Assembly (NCBI GenBank): GCA_963667205.1
Contig: OY762959.1
Span: 1,875,601-1,939,600, forward strand
Source of the DNA: Dehalococcoidia bacterium
GTDB lineage: Bacteria; Chloroflexota; Dehalococcoidia; SM23-28-2; RBG-16-64-32
Direction: 5' to 3'
DNA: 64,000 nt
A model generated the notes under the pieces. The model did no database searches, was not told the origin of the DNA, and was given only the letters and a program-made list of their open reading frames with translations. Below are positions 19,502 through 28,901 of the stretch, piece by piece (the first letter of the stretch is position 1; every line of letters starts with the position of its first letter). The translations under genes and the position numbers were made by a program.

Positions 19502-19561
19502 GTGTCACATTGTACGCGCGCCGCCCCGGATCGCCGGCGCCGGCTCGCCACCGCCGCGGCG

Positions 19562-20881
19562 CTAGGTCGCCGCGTCTTCTGAGGCCTTCTCCGGCGGTTC
19601 GCCGGCCGCCTCGGGCGGGTCGGCGCTCGCCTTACTGGCGGGCGGCTCCGGCTCCGGGGGCGGCGCGGCTTGCTCCGCATCAGGCTGCGGTGCCGCCTCG
19701 GCTGACGGCTCGCTCGCATCCTCTGCGTGCTCCGGCGGTGTGGCGGCCATCGAAAGCGGCACTTCCGGACGGGGTTTTGTCTGCGCCTCGCCCTTGAGCC
19801 AGTAGTCGATCGGCTTTCGAGAGTCGGTCTCCAGCGGCAGAGAGACGCGCGCGCCGGTGCGCGCCGACCGGTACGCGGCGCAGATGATCTCGAGCACCGC
19901 GCGGCCGTCTTCGCCGGTGAGCATCGGCTGCCTCTCGTTCTCGATGCAGTCTGCGAAGTGCGCCATCTCCTGTGGGAAGCCGTAGTTCCACGCCTCGTCG
20001 AAGCTCGTCCACGTCCAGCCGCGTGTCTGCTCCGCTTTTTCTCCGGCGTAGTCGTAGCCGACCGCGCTGAAGGTCTGCAGCGCGCCGCCGCGGGCGATGT
20101 CGGCGACGGTTAGCCCCTTCGAGCCGTAGATCTCCGCCCGGTCGTCGAGGCCGCCGGAGCGTGCCCAGGCGTTCTCCGCCATGCCCAGTCCGCCCCGCGG
20201 GTGCCGGGCCGACTCGGCGAAGCGGAGCATGACGACGGCGTGGTCGTCGCCGCGCGTGCGCCGCCCGTGCACGAAGTTGCCCGCCTCCGCGTAGACGGAC
20301 TCGATCGGAGTGTCCCCAAAGACCCAGCGGCAGTAGGCGATGGAGTGGCAGCCCATGTCCATAAGCACGCCGCCACCGGAGCGGTTGATGTCCCAGAACC
20401 ATTCGGAGTGTGGCCCGGAGTGGCACTCCAGCTGCCGCACGTAGTAGATGTCGCCCAGCGCGCCCTGGTCGGCCAGCTGCTTGGCGCGCACGTACTTGGG
20501 GGCGAAGCAGAGGTTCTCGCCGTACATCAGGACCACGCCGGCCGTCTTGCAGGCGTCGATCATGCGGTCGCACTCAGCGAGGCTCATCGCCATCGGCTTG
20601 TCCACGAGGACGTGCTTGCCCGCCGCCGCGGCGTCGATCGTGACCTGGGCGTGCACGTCGTTCGGACAGGCGACCGTCACAGCATCGACGAACCCGCTCG
20701 ACAGCATGTCCTTGTAGTCGGTGAAGGCGTGTTCGACCTCGAAGCGCCTGCGGAACTCCCAGGCGTGCTCGGCGTTTGGCGAGGCGACGGCCGTCAGTTC
20801 GACGCCCGGCGTCTGGCGCAGCGCTTCGGCGTGCGCCGCCGCGACGAAGCGCGACCCGATGATGCCCACGCGGATGCTCAA
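19562..20881 (-). CDS. Gfo/Idh/MocA oxidoreductase with acidic/Pro-rich tail
   Basis: GKHVLVDKPMA, GGGVLMDMGCH. Confidence 0.9.
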   Translation of the reverse strand: MSIRVGIIGSRFVAAAHAEALRQTPGVELTAVASPNAEHAWEFRRRFEVEHAFTDYKDMLSSGFVDAVTVACPNDVHAQVTIDAAAAGKHVLVDKPMAMSLAECDRMIDACKTAGVVLMYGENLCFAPKYVRAKQLADQGALGDIYYVRQLECHSGPHSEWFWDINRSGGGVLMDMGCHSIAYCRWVFGDTPIESVYAEAGNFVHGRRTRGDDHAVVMLRFAESARHPRGGLGMAENAWARSGGLDDRAEIYGSKGLTVADIARGGALQTFSAVGYDYAGEKAEQTRGWTWTSFDEAWNYGFPQEMAHFADCIENERQPMLTGEDGRAVLEIICAAYRSARTGARVSLPLETDSRKPIDYWLKGEAQTKPRPEVPLSMAATPPEHAEDASEPSAEAAPQPDAEQAAPPPEPEPPASKASADPPEAAGEPPEKASEDAAT

Positions 20882-21028
20882 GGTGCCCCCCTTTGCGGCG
20901 GTGCGATCGCCGGCGTTGGCTCCTGCCTTGCTAACTGAGGTGTCGCTATTCTATTACGGCTCGCTTGCCTGTGGGTTGCAGGACGGCCGCGATTGTCACA
21001 GACTACCGAGCGCAGGGAGGAACGAGAG

Positions 21029-21838
21029 ATGGATCCAACCGGCAAAGTAGCACTCATTACGGGCGCAGGCTCCGGCATCGGCCGGGTCACAGCGCTGCTG
21101 CTGGCGGAGAACGGCGCTTCGGTCGTAGTTGCCGACGTCGACGAAGCCGGCGGCAACGAGACAGTGAAGCAGGTGAAGGCCGCCGGCGGCGAGGCGGCGT
21201 TCGTTCGGGTAGACGTGACGAACCGCGACGACGTCGAAGCGATGGTCGCGTTCACGAAGGAGACGTACGGCGGACTCGACATCGCCTACAACAACGCTGG
21301 CGTCGGAACGCCAGGGGCGCGGTTCCCGGCGGGGCGGACCGAAGACTGGGAGCGCACACTCATGATCGACCTCCTGGCCGTCGCCGCCTGCGTCCAGGCG
21401 CAGGTGCCGGCGCTGCGAGAGCGCGGCGGCGGGGTCATCATCAACACGGCCTCCATCGCCGGTCTCATGGGCTACATGCCGGACCCGATCTATGCCGCCG
21501 CCAAGCACGGAGTCGTCGGGCTGACGCGGTCGATGGAGTTCCTCCTGCCCGAGGCCAACATCCGCGTCAACTGCGTTTGCCCCGGCGTCGTTGACACGCC
21601 GATGGTCCACCAGGTGCGCGACAACTCCGATCCGGAGGCGCGTGAGCGAGCGAAGGCGCTGCTCGCCACTATGCCGCTGATTGAGCCGCAGACGATCGCC
21701 GAGACGGTGCTCGAACTGATACGCGACGACACCGCCAACGGTAGAGCGATGGCGGTGACGTACGGCCGGCCGCCGCGAGAGGTCGAAGCGCCGATCCGCT
21801 TCGGCCGCCCCGATCCCGCACAGCAGCAGCGCGGCTAG
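21029..21838 (+). CDS. Short-chain dehydrogenase/reductase
   Basis: TGAGSGIG, NNAG, YAAAK. Confidence 0.92.
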   Translation: MDPTGKVALITGAGSGIGRVTALLLAENGASVVVADVDEAGGNETVKQVKAAGGEAAFVRVDVTNRDDVEAMVAFTKETYGGLDIAYNNAGVGTPGARFPAGRTEDWERTLMIDLLAVAACVQAQVPALRERGGGVIINTASIAGLMGYMPDPIYAAAKHGVVGLTRSMEFLLPEANIRVNCVCPGVVDTPMVHQVRDNSDPEARERAKALLATMPLIEPQTIAETVLELIRDDTANGRAMAVTYGRPPREVEAPIRFGRPDPAQQQRG

Positions 21839-21930
21839 CTCCGCTTGACGTCTCCCGCTGGGTGCGGCTACGCTTGCCTGCGTCTTGCGGTGGCCGCAAT
21901 CGGCGATCGAGCTACGAAAGGAGCCCCTCA

Positions 21931-22836
21931 GTGGTATCAGTCCGCTCAATCGTGACGTTGGCCGCGGCCGCGGTAATTGGCCTGGCGGCGATCGTGGTCC
22001 TCAACAACGCGCCTGCCAACGCGCCGCGCTTGGCGCTGGCGGGCCCCTGCACCCTGGGCCCGCACCTCTTCTTCGAGGACGATTCCCTCTTTGCGGATCC
22101 GTTGGAATACACGTACTACGCCGCCGATCCAGGCGACCACGACGAGACCGAGATGGTCATCACCGTCCAGCCGGGCGACAAGACCGTAACCATTGAGATC
22201 GTGGGCGTTCCCGGCAACGCGAACATCTTCAACAGCTTCACCCCAGCGAGTGGCGAGGGCACGTTCAGTACGACCTGGCTCACGAGCATCCCCGAGTTCG
22301 TGGCGGACGGCACCTATGAGTACGAGATCCGCCTTACCTGCCACGGCGAGGTGACGAAGATCCCATTCGACGTCATCGTTGGCGGCTGTTCGGCGCCTGA
22401 TGACAGACAGCCCAGCGGCATCTCCGGCCAGTCCCCACCTGGATGTGGCGGCTTCGGTCCGACGGCCGGCCCCAGTCCGGCTCCGACGGTGGCGCCGACA
22501 CCGACAGCGACAGCGGCGCCGACGCCCACGTCGCCGCCGGGCCAGCAGTTGATCTGGGCCGACAACAACTGCTCGACGACCGTTGATCCGGTAGACTCGC
22601 TGTTCATACTGCGCGGCGACGCCGGCCTGCCGACGAATACGGGCGATTGCCCGGACATGGGCGCGGCGATCAACGTCCTTAACGCCTCGCAGCATTTCTG
22701 GGGGGACATCGACTGCACCGCTGCGATGACGCCCGTGGACTCGCTGAAGACGCTGCGCTACGACGCCGGCCTCAGTGCCTCGCAGGAGGACGGCTGCCCG
22801 GCGATCAACAGCCCGGTGACGATCGTGGACTTCTAG
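21931..22836 (+). CDS. Secreted protein with PT linker and C-terminal dockerin-like domain (paralog 1)
   Basis: Signal peptide; duplicated motif WADNNC..VDPVDSLFILRGDAGL / WGDIDC..MTPVDSLKTLRYDAGL. Confidence 0.75.
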   Translation: MVSVRSIVTLAAAAVIGLAAIVVLNNAPANAPRLALAGPCTLGPHLFFEDDSLFADPLEYTYYAADPGDHDETEMVITVQPGDKTVTIEIVGVPGNANIFNSFTPASGEGTFSTTWLTSIPEFVADGTYEYEIRLTCHGEVTKIPFDVIVGGCSAPDDRQPSGISGQSPPGCGGFGPTAGPSPAPTVAPTPTATAAPTPTSPPGQQLIWADNNCSTTVDPVDSLFILRGDAGLPTNTGDCPDMGAAINVLNASQHFWGDIDCTAAMTPVDSLKTLRYDAGLSASQEDGCPAINSPVTIVDF

Positions 22837-22983
22837 CCGCCCCGTAGTGTGGTATCGGAGCGCCGTCGCTCGGCCGAACGGCGGCGCTTCTGGTTGTCTC
22901 TTGACGCCGACGGCGGGCGCGGGTAGTTTTGCCTCCATCCAGCCGTCACCAGGTCCCGACCTGACACCGAAAGGGAGTTAGCC

Positions 22984-23922
22984 ATGGCTGACCGTTTGTT
23001 TCCAGTCTTCCTGGTCGCCGTATTCGTTCTTGCTTTCGGCGCGCTGGGAGGGCTGCCGGGCGTCGGCTCCGTCGGCGCGCCATGGGCTGAAGCAGTCGTG
23101 CCCGCTGGTGACGACGATGGTGACGACGACGGACCAGACCTCGACGAGTTGAATTGCGAGCAGATCCTTGCCCTGCAACTTCTGATCGAGACAGACGTCG
23201 TGAATCCTCACGCCCAGCAGATCGACCTCGAAGAGCTGCAGGAGTTGGTTGCCGAATGTGAAGATGAGGGCGGCGACCGTGTCAGTCTGCAGGAGCGCAT
23301 TACAGCCGGACTACCCTTCACAATGAGCCTCTCCGGCACGGGGAACTTCGTAGATGTCTCCGGGATTTACGACCCGAGCACCGGGACTTACACGGGTAAC
23401 GGCGTTGGCACCGTCGCTGGCTTCCCTAACGTGACGGTCGTGATGTTGCTGAACATCGCCAAGAACGGGAACGTTACGGGAACCTACACGATGGGCGCGG
23501 GCGGCGAACTGCCAGGAGGCCAACCTGGGGTCTACAACGTCTCGGGCGTCTGGCCACTGGCCACGCCGACACCCACGCCTTCGCCAACCGACACACCGGT
23601 GCCTACGGCCACGGATGCGCCCGGCCAGCAGGTCACCTGGGCGGACAACAACTGCTCGGCTTCGGTCGACCCGATCGATTCGCTGTTCGTGCTGCGCGGT
23701 GACGCCGGCCTGCCGACGAACACGGGCGACTGTCCGGGGATGGGTGCTGACATCAACGTCCTCAACGCCTCGCCGCATATCTGGGGCGACATCGACTGCT
23801 CGGGCGCCATGACGCCCGTGGACTCGCTGAAGACGCTGCGCTACGACGCCGGCCTGAGCGCCTCGCAGGAGGACGGCTGCCCGGAGATCGGCAGCCCGGT
23901 GACGATCACAGCAGAGTCATAG
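22984..23922 (+). CDS. Secreted protein with PT linker and C-terminal dockerin-like domain (paralog 2)
   Basis: Signal peptide, acidic region, Gly/Thr-rich domain and the same C-terminal module. Confidence 0.75.
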   Translation: MADRLFPVFLVAVFVLAFGALGGLPGVGSVGAPWAEAVVPAGDDDGDDDGPDLDELNCEQILALQLLIETDVVNPHAQQIDLEELQELVAECEDEGGDRVSLQERITAGLPFTMSLSGTGNFVDVSGIYDPSTGTYTGNGVGTVAGFPNVTVVMLLNIAKNGNVTGTYTMGAGGELPGGQPGVYNVSGVWPLATPTPTPSPTDTPVPTATDAPGQQVTWADNNCSASVDPIDSLFVLRGDAGLPTNTGDCPGMGADINVLNASPHIWGDIDCSGAMTPVDSLKTLRYDAGLSASQEDGCPEIGSPVTITAES

Positions 23923-24072
23923 AGGGCCACCAATAGAAGCGCCAGAGCGCCGCCGCTCACGAGAGCGGCGGCGCTCTTCATTGCGGCTTGACGTCTTTGG
24001 CCGTGCCGCCTACCCTTGCTTGCATCTCGCAACTGGTAGAATCGGCGGCCTAACGCCGAAAGGGGGCCCCAC

Positions 24073-25386
24073 GTGGGAGCCACGCGCACGCTAGTCTCCA
24101 TCGCCGCTGCGGCAGCCATCGCCCTGGCAGCCGTCGTTGTCCTCAGCAACTCGCCGGCCGGCTCGCCGCGCTCGGCGCTGGCGGGGCCATGCACGTCCGG
24201 CCCGGACCTCAACTTCTCGGATGACGATGTCGATGATCCGCCGCTCTCAGGCGTGGTCTGGTACGGCGCGGCCGGCGAACACAGCGATAGAGAGATGGTT
24301 ATCTTTGTCGAGCCAGACCCGTTCCCGGAAGGAAAGCCGCCGATAACGATTGAGATCGTCGGCGTGCCGGGCGACCCCGAGATCTTCAACGATTTCAGCC
24401 CTTCGTCCGGCGGGGGCTCTTTCCTGACGGATATCCTCACCAGCGTCGACGCGTCTGTGACTCCCGGCATCTACGAATACGAGATCCGCATTGACTGCCA
24501 CGGGGACATCACGACGATCCCCTTCGACGTTTACGTTGACGTCTGCCCAGCGAACGGCGCTAGGCAGACCAGCGGCTTCTCAGGCCAGTCCGCGCCCGAC
24601 TGCGGTGGCGGCCACGACGACTTGCCGACGCCGACGCCTGAACCTACAGCAACTCCGGCGAATGCGACCTGGGGCGACAACAATTGCTCGAAATCGGTTG
24701 ACCCCGTCGACTCGTTGTTCGTGCTGCGCGGCGATGCCGGCCTCTCGACGAACACCGGCGACTGCCCCGAGATGGGTGCCGACATCGAGGTGTTGAACGC
24801 CTCGCCGCATATCTGGGGGGACGTTGACTGCTCGGGCGCGATGACGCCGGTGGACTCTCTTAAGACGCTTCGCTTCGACGCCGGCCTGAGCGTCTCACAG
24901 GAGGCCGGTTGCCCGGCAATCGGCGGCGCCGTGACAATCATCGACGCCTTCGTGCTCACGAGCGATGCCTTCGCGCCGGGTGGCACAATCCCGGTCCAGC
25001 ACACCTGCGATGGCGCGAACACGTCGCCGCAGCTCTCCTGGAGCGGCCAACCGGCGGGGACCGAATCGCTGGCCGTCATCGTCACTGACGTCGACGCCAA
25101 CGACTTCGCGCACTGGCTCGTCTACGACCTGCCCGCCGAAACCACGAGTCTCCCGGCGGATGCTGAGCTCCCTGCCGGCGCCAAAGAGGGGATGACCACC
25201 TTCGGAGCCGTCGACTACCGTGGCCCCTGCCCGCCGCCGGGGCCGGCCCACGAGTACGTCTTCATACTGTGCGCGCTTGACGCACCGCTCAACCTGGCGG
25301 CGGGGGCCAGCGTGACGCAGCTTGAGGCGGCCATCGCGGGCCATATCCTGGAGATGGCTGAGCTTACCGCGTTCTACGCCCGCTAG
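24073..25386 (+). CDS. Secreted protein with dockerin-like domain fused to a YbhB/YbcL (PEBP) domain (paralog 3)
   Basis: N-terminal domain shared with paralog 1; C-terminal TCDGANTSPQLSW, HWLVY, YRGPCPPPG. Confidence 0.8.
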   Translation: MGATRTLVSIAAAAAIALAAVVVLSNSPAGSPRSALAGPCTSGPDLNFSDDDVDDPPLSGVVWYGAAGEHSDREMVIFVEPDPFPEGKPPITIEIVGVPGDPEIFNDFSPSSGGGSFLTDILTSVDASVTPGIYEYEIRIDCHGDITTIPFDVYVDVCPANGARQTSGFSGQSAPDCGGGHDDLPTPTPEPTATPANATWGDNNCSKSVDPVDSLFVLRGDAGLSTNTGDCPEMGADIEVLNASPHIWGDVDCSGAMTPVDSLKTLRFDAGLSVSQEAGCPAIGGAVTIIDAFVLTSDAFAPGGTIPVQHTCDGANTSPQLSWSGQPAGTESLAVIVTDVDANDFAHWLVYDLPAETTSLPADAELPAGAKEGMTTFGAVDYRGPCPPPGPAHEYVFILCALDAPLNLAAGASVTQLEAAIAGHILEMAELTAFYAR

Positions 25387-26432
25387 CCGCGCAGCTCGGC
25401 GATCGCGCTCTGGTCCGCGACCTCGATGCCGCGCTTGCCAACGATGATCGCCTGCTCGCCGATCGTCTCGAAGCCGGCGCCGACGGTGCCGCCGTCGAGG
25501 AAGCGCTTGTTCATGTTTTCCAGGATGACGCCCAGCTTGAAGTGCGCCATCACCGTATAGAAGTCGAGGCCGGAGAGGTCGGCGCCGCTCTTCTCCGCGT
25601 AGCGCGCGGCCGCCTCCTCCCAGGTCGGGAAGCCCGGCAGCGTCATCACGGACGTCGCGCCGATTCTCAGCTGCGAGCTGGTCGGGTTGCCCCAGTACAT
25701 CCGCAGCAGACCCATGTCGGCTAGCGAGTCGCCCAGCGTGCACATCTCCCAGTCGAGGACGGCGATGATGTGTCCCTCGTCGTTGAGGATCGCGTTGTCC
25801 AGACGGTAGTCGCCGTGGACGATGCCGGGCCGGCGCTCTTCTGGCATCGCCGCCTGAAGGCGCTTCGCCAGCTCGTCCAGCTCCGCCGTCTCGCGGTAAC
25901 GGATGGTTTCGAGCTGCTCGCTGAAGCGCCGCACCTGCCGTTCGAGGTAACCCTTTGCCTTGCCGAAGTCCTGGAGGCCGATCTCGTCCGGGTGGAACGC
26001 ATGTAGCCGGACGAGGACGTCTACCAGCTCTTCGCCGATCCTGCGGCGCTCGCCCTCATCGAACTTCGCACCGAACTCTTTCGGGTCGATGGCGATGAAC
26101 CCGTCAACGAACTCCATCACGTAGAACTGCGCGCCGATGACGGAGTCGTCGGTACAGAGCGCGTACGGTTTCGGCACGGGGAAGCCCGTTGGTTCGAGGG
26201 CCGAGATGATGCGGAACTCGCGGCCCATGTCGTGCGCCGTCTTCTGGACGTGGGAGAGCGGTGGCCGGCGCACCACCCACGGCCGGCCGTCCTCAGCCTC
26301 AACGCGGTAGGTGAGGTTGGAGCGCCCATGGCCCACGATCTGCGCTGAGAGGCTCTTTACGGGCTCCACGTGCTCGCTGAACCACGGCACGAGCTGGTCG
26401 AGGTCGATTCCGGGCGGGCTGGAGGTGGTCAT
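25383..26432 (-). CDS. APH-like phosphotransferase (acyl-CoA dehydrogenase associated)
   Basis: GRSNLTY, HGDYRLDN, VLDWEM. Confidence 0.9.
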   Translation of the reverse strand: MTTSSPPGIDLDQLVPWFSEHVEPVKSLSAQIVGHGRSNLTYRVEAEDGRPWVVRRPPLSHVQKTAHDMGREFRIISALEPTGFPVPKPYALCTDDSVIGAQFYVMEFVDGFIAIDPKEFGAKFDEGERRRIGEELVDVLVRLHAFHPDEIGLQDFGKAKGYLERQVRRFSEQLETIRYRETAELDELAKRLQAAMPEERRPGIVHGDYRLDNAILNDEGHIIAVLDWEMCTLGDSLADMGLLRMYWGNPTSSQLRIGATSVMTLPGFPTWEEAAARYAEKSGADLSGLDFYTVMAHFKLGVILENMNKRFLDGGTVGAGFETIGEQAIIVGKRGIEVADQSAIAELRG

Positions 26433-26588
26433 CGTCGTGACATTCTACAGCAAGCGCCCGCAGATGGCCCCGGCGCAGCATCGCGAGCGTTCGACGGACC
26501 GGGTCTGGCCCGCCATCGATCGCGACACGCTGGCCAGCGCCCGCCACGGCGGATAAAGTACGGGAGCAGACGAAAGAAGGGCGAGACG

Positions 26589-27824
26589 ATGGCGACATAC
26601 CTTGAGCTGAACAAGAACCTGACCGAAGAAGAAGAGGCGATCAAGCAGCAGGTCCACCGCTTCGCCGTCGACGTCTTGCGGCCGGCGGCGATGGAGCTGG
26701 ACAAGATGTCACCGGAGCAGGTGATCGACGAGGACTCACCGTACTGGGGCGTCTTCCGGCAGGCGTACGCACTGGGGTACAGCCGGAGCTACCTGCCGCC
26801 CGCGCTCAACGGGCCCGGCCTCTCACCGCTGGCACGGCACATCTACACGGAGGAGATGGGCTGGGGCAGCGCCGACTTTGCGGTCGGCATCGGTGTCACC
26901 TCGTTCCCCTTCGGATACGCCGCTATGAGCGGTAACCAGGACGTGCTCAAGGACCACGTCCTGCCGTTCACGCAGGACTCGGAAGCGCGCTTCATCGGCT
27001 GCTGGGCGATCACTGAGCCGCAGCACGGCTCCGACATGCTGATGGTCGGTACGCCCCAGTTCCGCGAGCCGGAGGCGGCCGGCGACGTGCGCGCCCGCTT
27101 GGACGGCGATGAGTGGGTGATCAATGGTCAGAAATCGGCCTGGGTCTCCAACGGTACCGTCGCCACGCACGCGCTGCTATTCCTGAACACTGACGAGAGC
27201 CAGGGGCAAGAGGGTGGCGGCGTCGCCTTCGTGCCGCTCAACCTGCCCGGCGTGACGAAAGGAAAGCCGCTCGACAAGCTCGGTCAGCGGGCGTTGAACC
27301 AGGGCGAGATCTTCTTCGACAACGTTCGCGTGCCGAAGCCGTTCATGCTGGTCGAGCCCGGCGGCTATCCGTTCGTAATCCACTCGGTGCTGGCGGCCGC
27401 CAACGCCTTCATGGGCGCCACCTTCACCGGACTGGCGCGCACCGCCTTCGAGGAGGGCCTGGACTACGCGCGCAACCGCGTGCAGGGGTCGAAAGCGATC
27501 ACGGAGCACCAGGCCGTTCAGCTGAAGCTGGTCGATATGTTTATCAACGTCGAAACCGCGCGCCAGTTCTCGCGTGCCGCCCTTGTCTACAACTCGGAGA
27601 CGAGCCCGCCGGAGACGCAGTACTCGCAGGCTTCCAAGGTCTATTGCACGACCGTTGCCTTCAAGGTGGCGAGCGACTCCATGCAGCTGCACGGCGGGAT
27701 GGGCCTGGCGAAGGAGATGCTGATCGAGAAGCTCTTCAGGGACGCGCGCGCGTCCCTGATTGAGGACGGCACCAACGACGTGATGGCGCTCTCCGCCGCC
27801 CGCAAGATCATCGACACCTACTAG
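26589..27824 (+). CDS. Acyl-CoA dehydrogenase
   Basis: WAITEPQHGSD, INGQKSAWVSNG, EKLFRDARASLIEDGTN. Confidence 0.92.
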   Translation: MATYLELNKNLTEEEEAIKQQVHRFAVDVLRPAAMELDKMSPEQVIDEDSPYWGVFRQAYALGYSRSYLPPALNGPGLSPLARHIYTEEMGWGSADFAVGIGVTSFPFGYAAMSGNQDVLKDHVLPFTQDSEARFIGCWAITEPQHGSDMLMVGTPQFREPEAAGDVRARLDGDEWVINGQKSAWVSNGTVATHALLFLNTDESQGQEGGGVAFVPLNLPGVTKGKPLDKLGQRALNQGEIFFDNVRVPKPFMLVEPGGYPFVIHSVLAAANAFMGATFTGLARTAFEEGLDYARNRVQGSKAITEHQAVQLKLVDMFINVETARQFSRAALVYNSETSPPETQYSQASKVYCTTVAFKVASDSMQLHGGMGLAKEMLIEKLFRDARASLIEDGTNDVMALSAARKIIDTY

Positions 27825-27842
27825 CGCTGGACGGCCCACGCA

Positions 27843-27924
27843 CAGAAGCGGCCCGAAGGCCGCCTCTGTGCATCCATCCGCCACCAGCGGGGCCCCTGCG
27901 AGCGGCATCCCTGGGGCCCGCTGT
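27843..27924. terminator. Two GC-rich hairpins between convergent genes
   Basis: CAGAAGCGGCC-CGAA-GGCCGCCTCTG and CAGCGGGGCCCC...GGGGCCCGCTG. Confidence 0.55.
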
Positions 27925-27931
27925 CTGGTTG

Positions 27932-28612
27932 TCAGTTGATGAAGATGGCCTCCGAAGCATCTGCTCCGTCGCTGTCACCCTGCGGCCCGCGAGGGCCACC
28001 CGGGCGCGGGCCGTCGCCATCGCCGGGAGCCTTCTCCACGATGCGATCGATCGACTCCGTGATCTTCGCCAGGATGCGGTCGGCGGTCTCCTGGGTGATC
28101 GACTCGTCGACGACCTTGGCGCTGAGGTCGGCCTCAATCGCGGTCAGCAGGTCGGCCTTGAACGTCTCGACGTCGCCGCCCTGGGCCGTCACGACGTCGG
28201 CCAGGCTGTTGCCTTCGTGCAGCTCTGCCTTCAGCGCGTCGATTTCCATGTCGAGCACCTCAGCGGAGTTGGCGAGTATCAGGCCAAAGATCCGGTGGTG
28301 GTTACCGTGGTGACCACCGTGGCGCGGGCCTCCGAAGCCGGGACCTTCGCCGCTTTCGATGCGCTCGATGATCGCCGTGCCTTCATCCGCCGTGATCGAG
28401 CCGTCGGCGACCTTCTCGTTGACGCCGTCGATGCGGGCCTGCGTCATGGCCGTGTCGAGCTCCTCAACGGTAACGCCGAGGTTGTCGGCCAAGAGCTCCA
28501 TAAAGTGGTCGGCTGGCCTCTCGCCGTCCTCCTGGGCGGCCGCACCGGCGACGGCGACGATGCCAACGGCCAGCGCGGCGACCACCGCTCCTAAGATCAT
28601 CAACCTTTTCAT
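27932..28612 (-). CDS. Secreted helical protein with His/Gly-rich patch
   Basis: Signal peptide MKRLMILG...AAA, repeated LGVTVEEL-type helices, PRHGGHHGNHH; RBS AAAGGAG. Confidence 0.8.
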   Translation of the reverse strand: MKRLMILGAVVAALAVGIVAVAGAAAQEDGERPADHFMELLADNLGVTVEELDTAMTQARIDGVNEKVADGSITADEGTAIIERIESGEGPGFGGPRHGGHHGNHHRIFGLILANSAEVLDMEIDALKAELHEGNSLADVVTAQGGDVETFKADLLTAIEADLSAKVVDESITQETADRILAKITESIDRIVEKAPGDGDGPRPGGPRGPQGDSDGADASEAIFIN

Positions 28613-28714
28613 CTGGTCACTCCTTTCTGGGTTTTGGTTTCGCTTTCTGGAGCCATATTCGCGTTTGGCCATGAGCCGAGTATTAGAGCCGCGTTAGAGT
28701 TTCTTAACCCTGGC

Positions 28715-28814
28715 TCCCTTCATCCTTTGATACCTCAAGACGAACGGGACGCGGCCTCTGCATCCCGCGATGCCCTGTCACCCGCTCGTGGTGAGGCTCT
28801 CGAACCGTGAGCGG
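28715..28814. repeat. REP-like inverted doublet
   Basis: CCCTTCATCCTTTGATACCTCAAGACGAACGGG followed by a reverse-complement-like CCCGCTCGTGGTGAGGCTCTCGAACCGTGAGCGG; related copies at 51403 and 56167. Confidence 0.65.
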
Positions 28815-28901
28815 CGCTTCAGAACGGTCCGGACGCCCCCGCAACCAGATGAACGCCCTTAACGTTTCTTTAATGTCGGGCGTCTACCATTCGGGCGAAC
28901 C

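Noticed and set aside
22460-24660. Short CCGACG/GCGCCG repeats as a possible CRISPR array or VNTR
   Set aside because: They encode Pro/Thr linkers; no repeat-spacer structure or cas genes are present.
22550-24940. Diversity-generating retroelement TR/VR pair from the near-identical dockerin-like DNA
   Set aside because: All copies are in-frame coding modules, the differences are not confined to adenines, and no reverse transcriptase is present.
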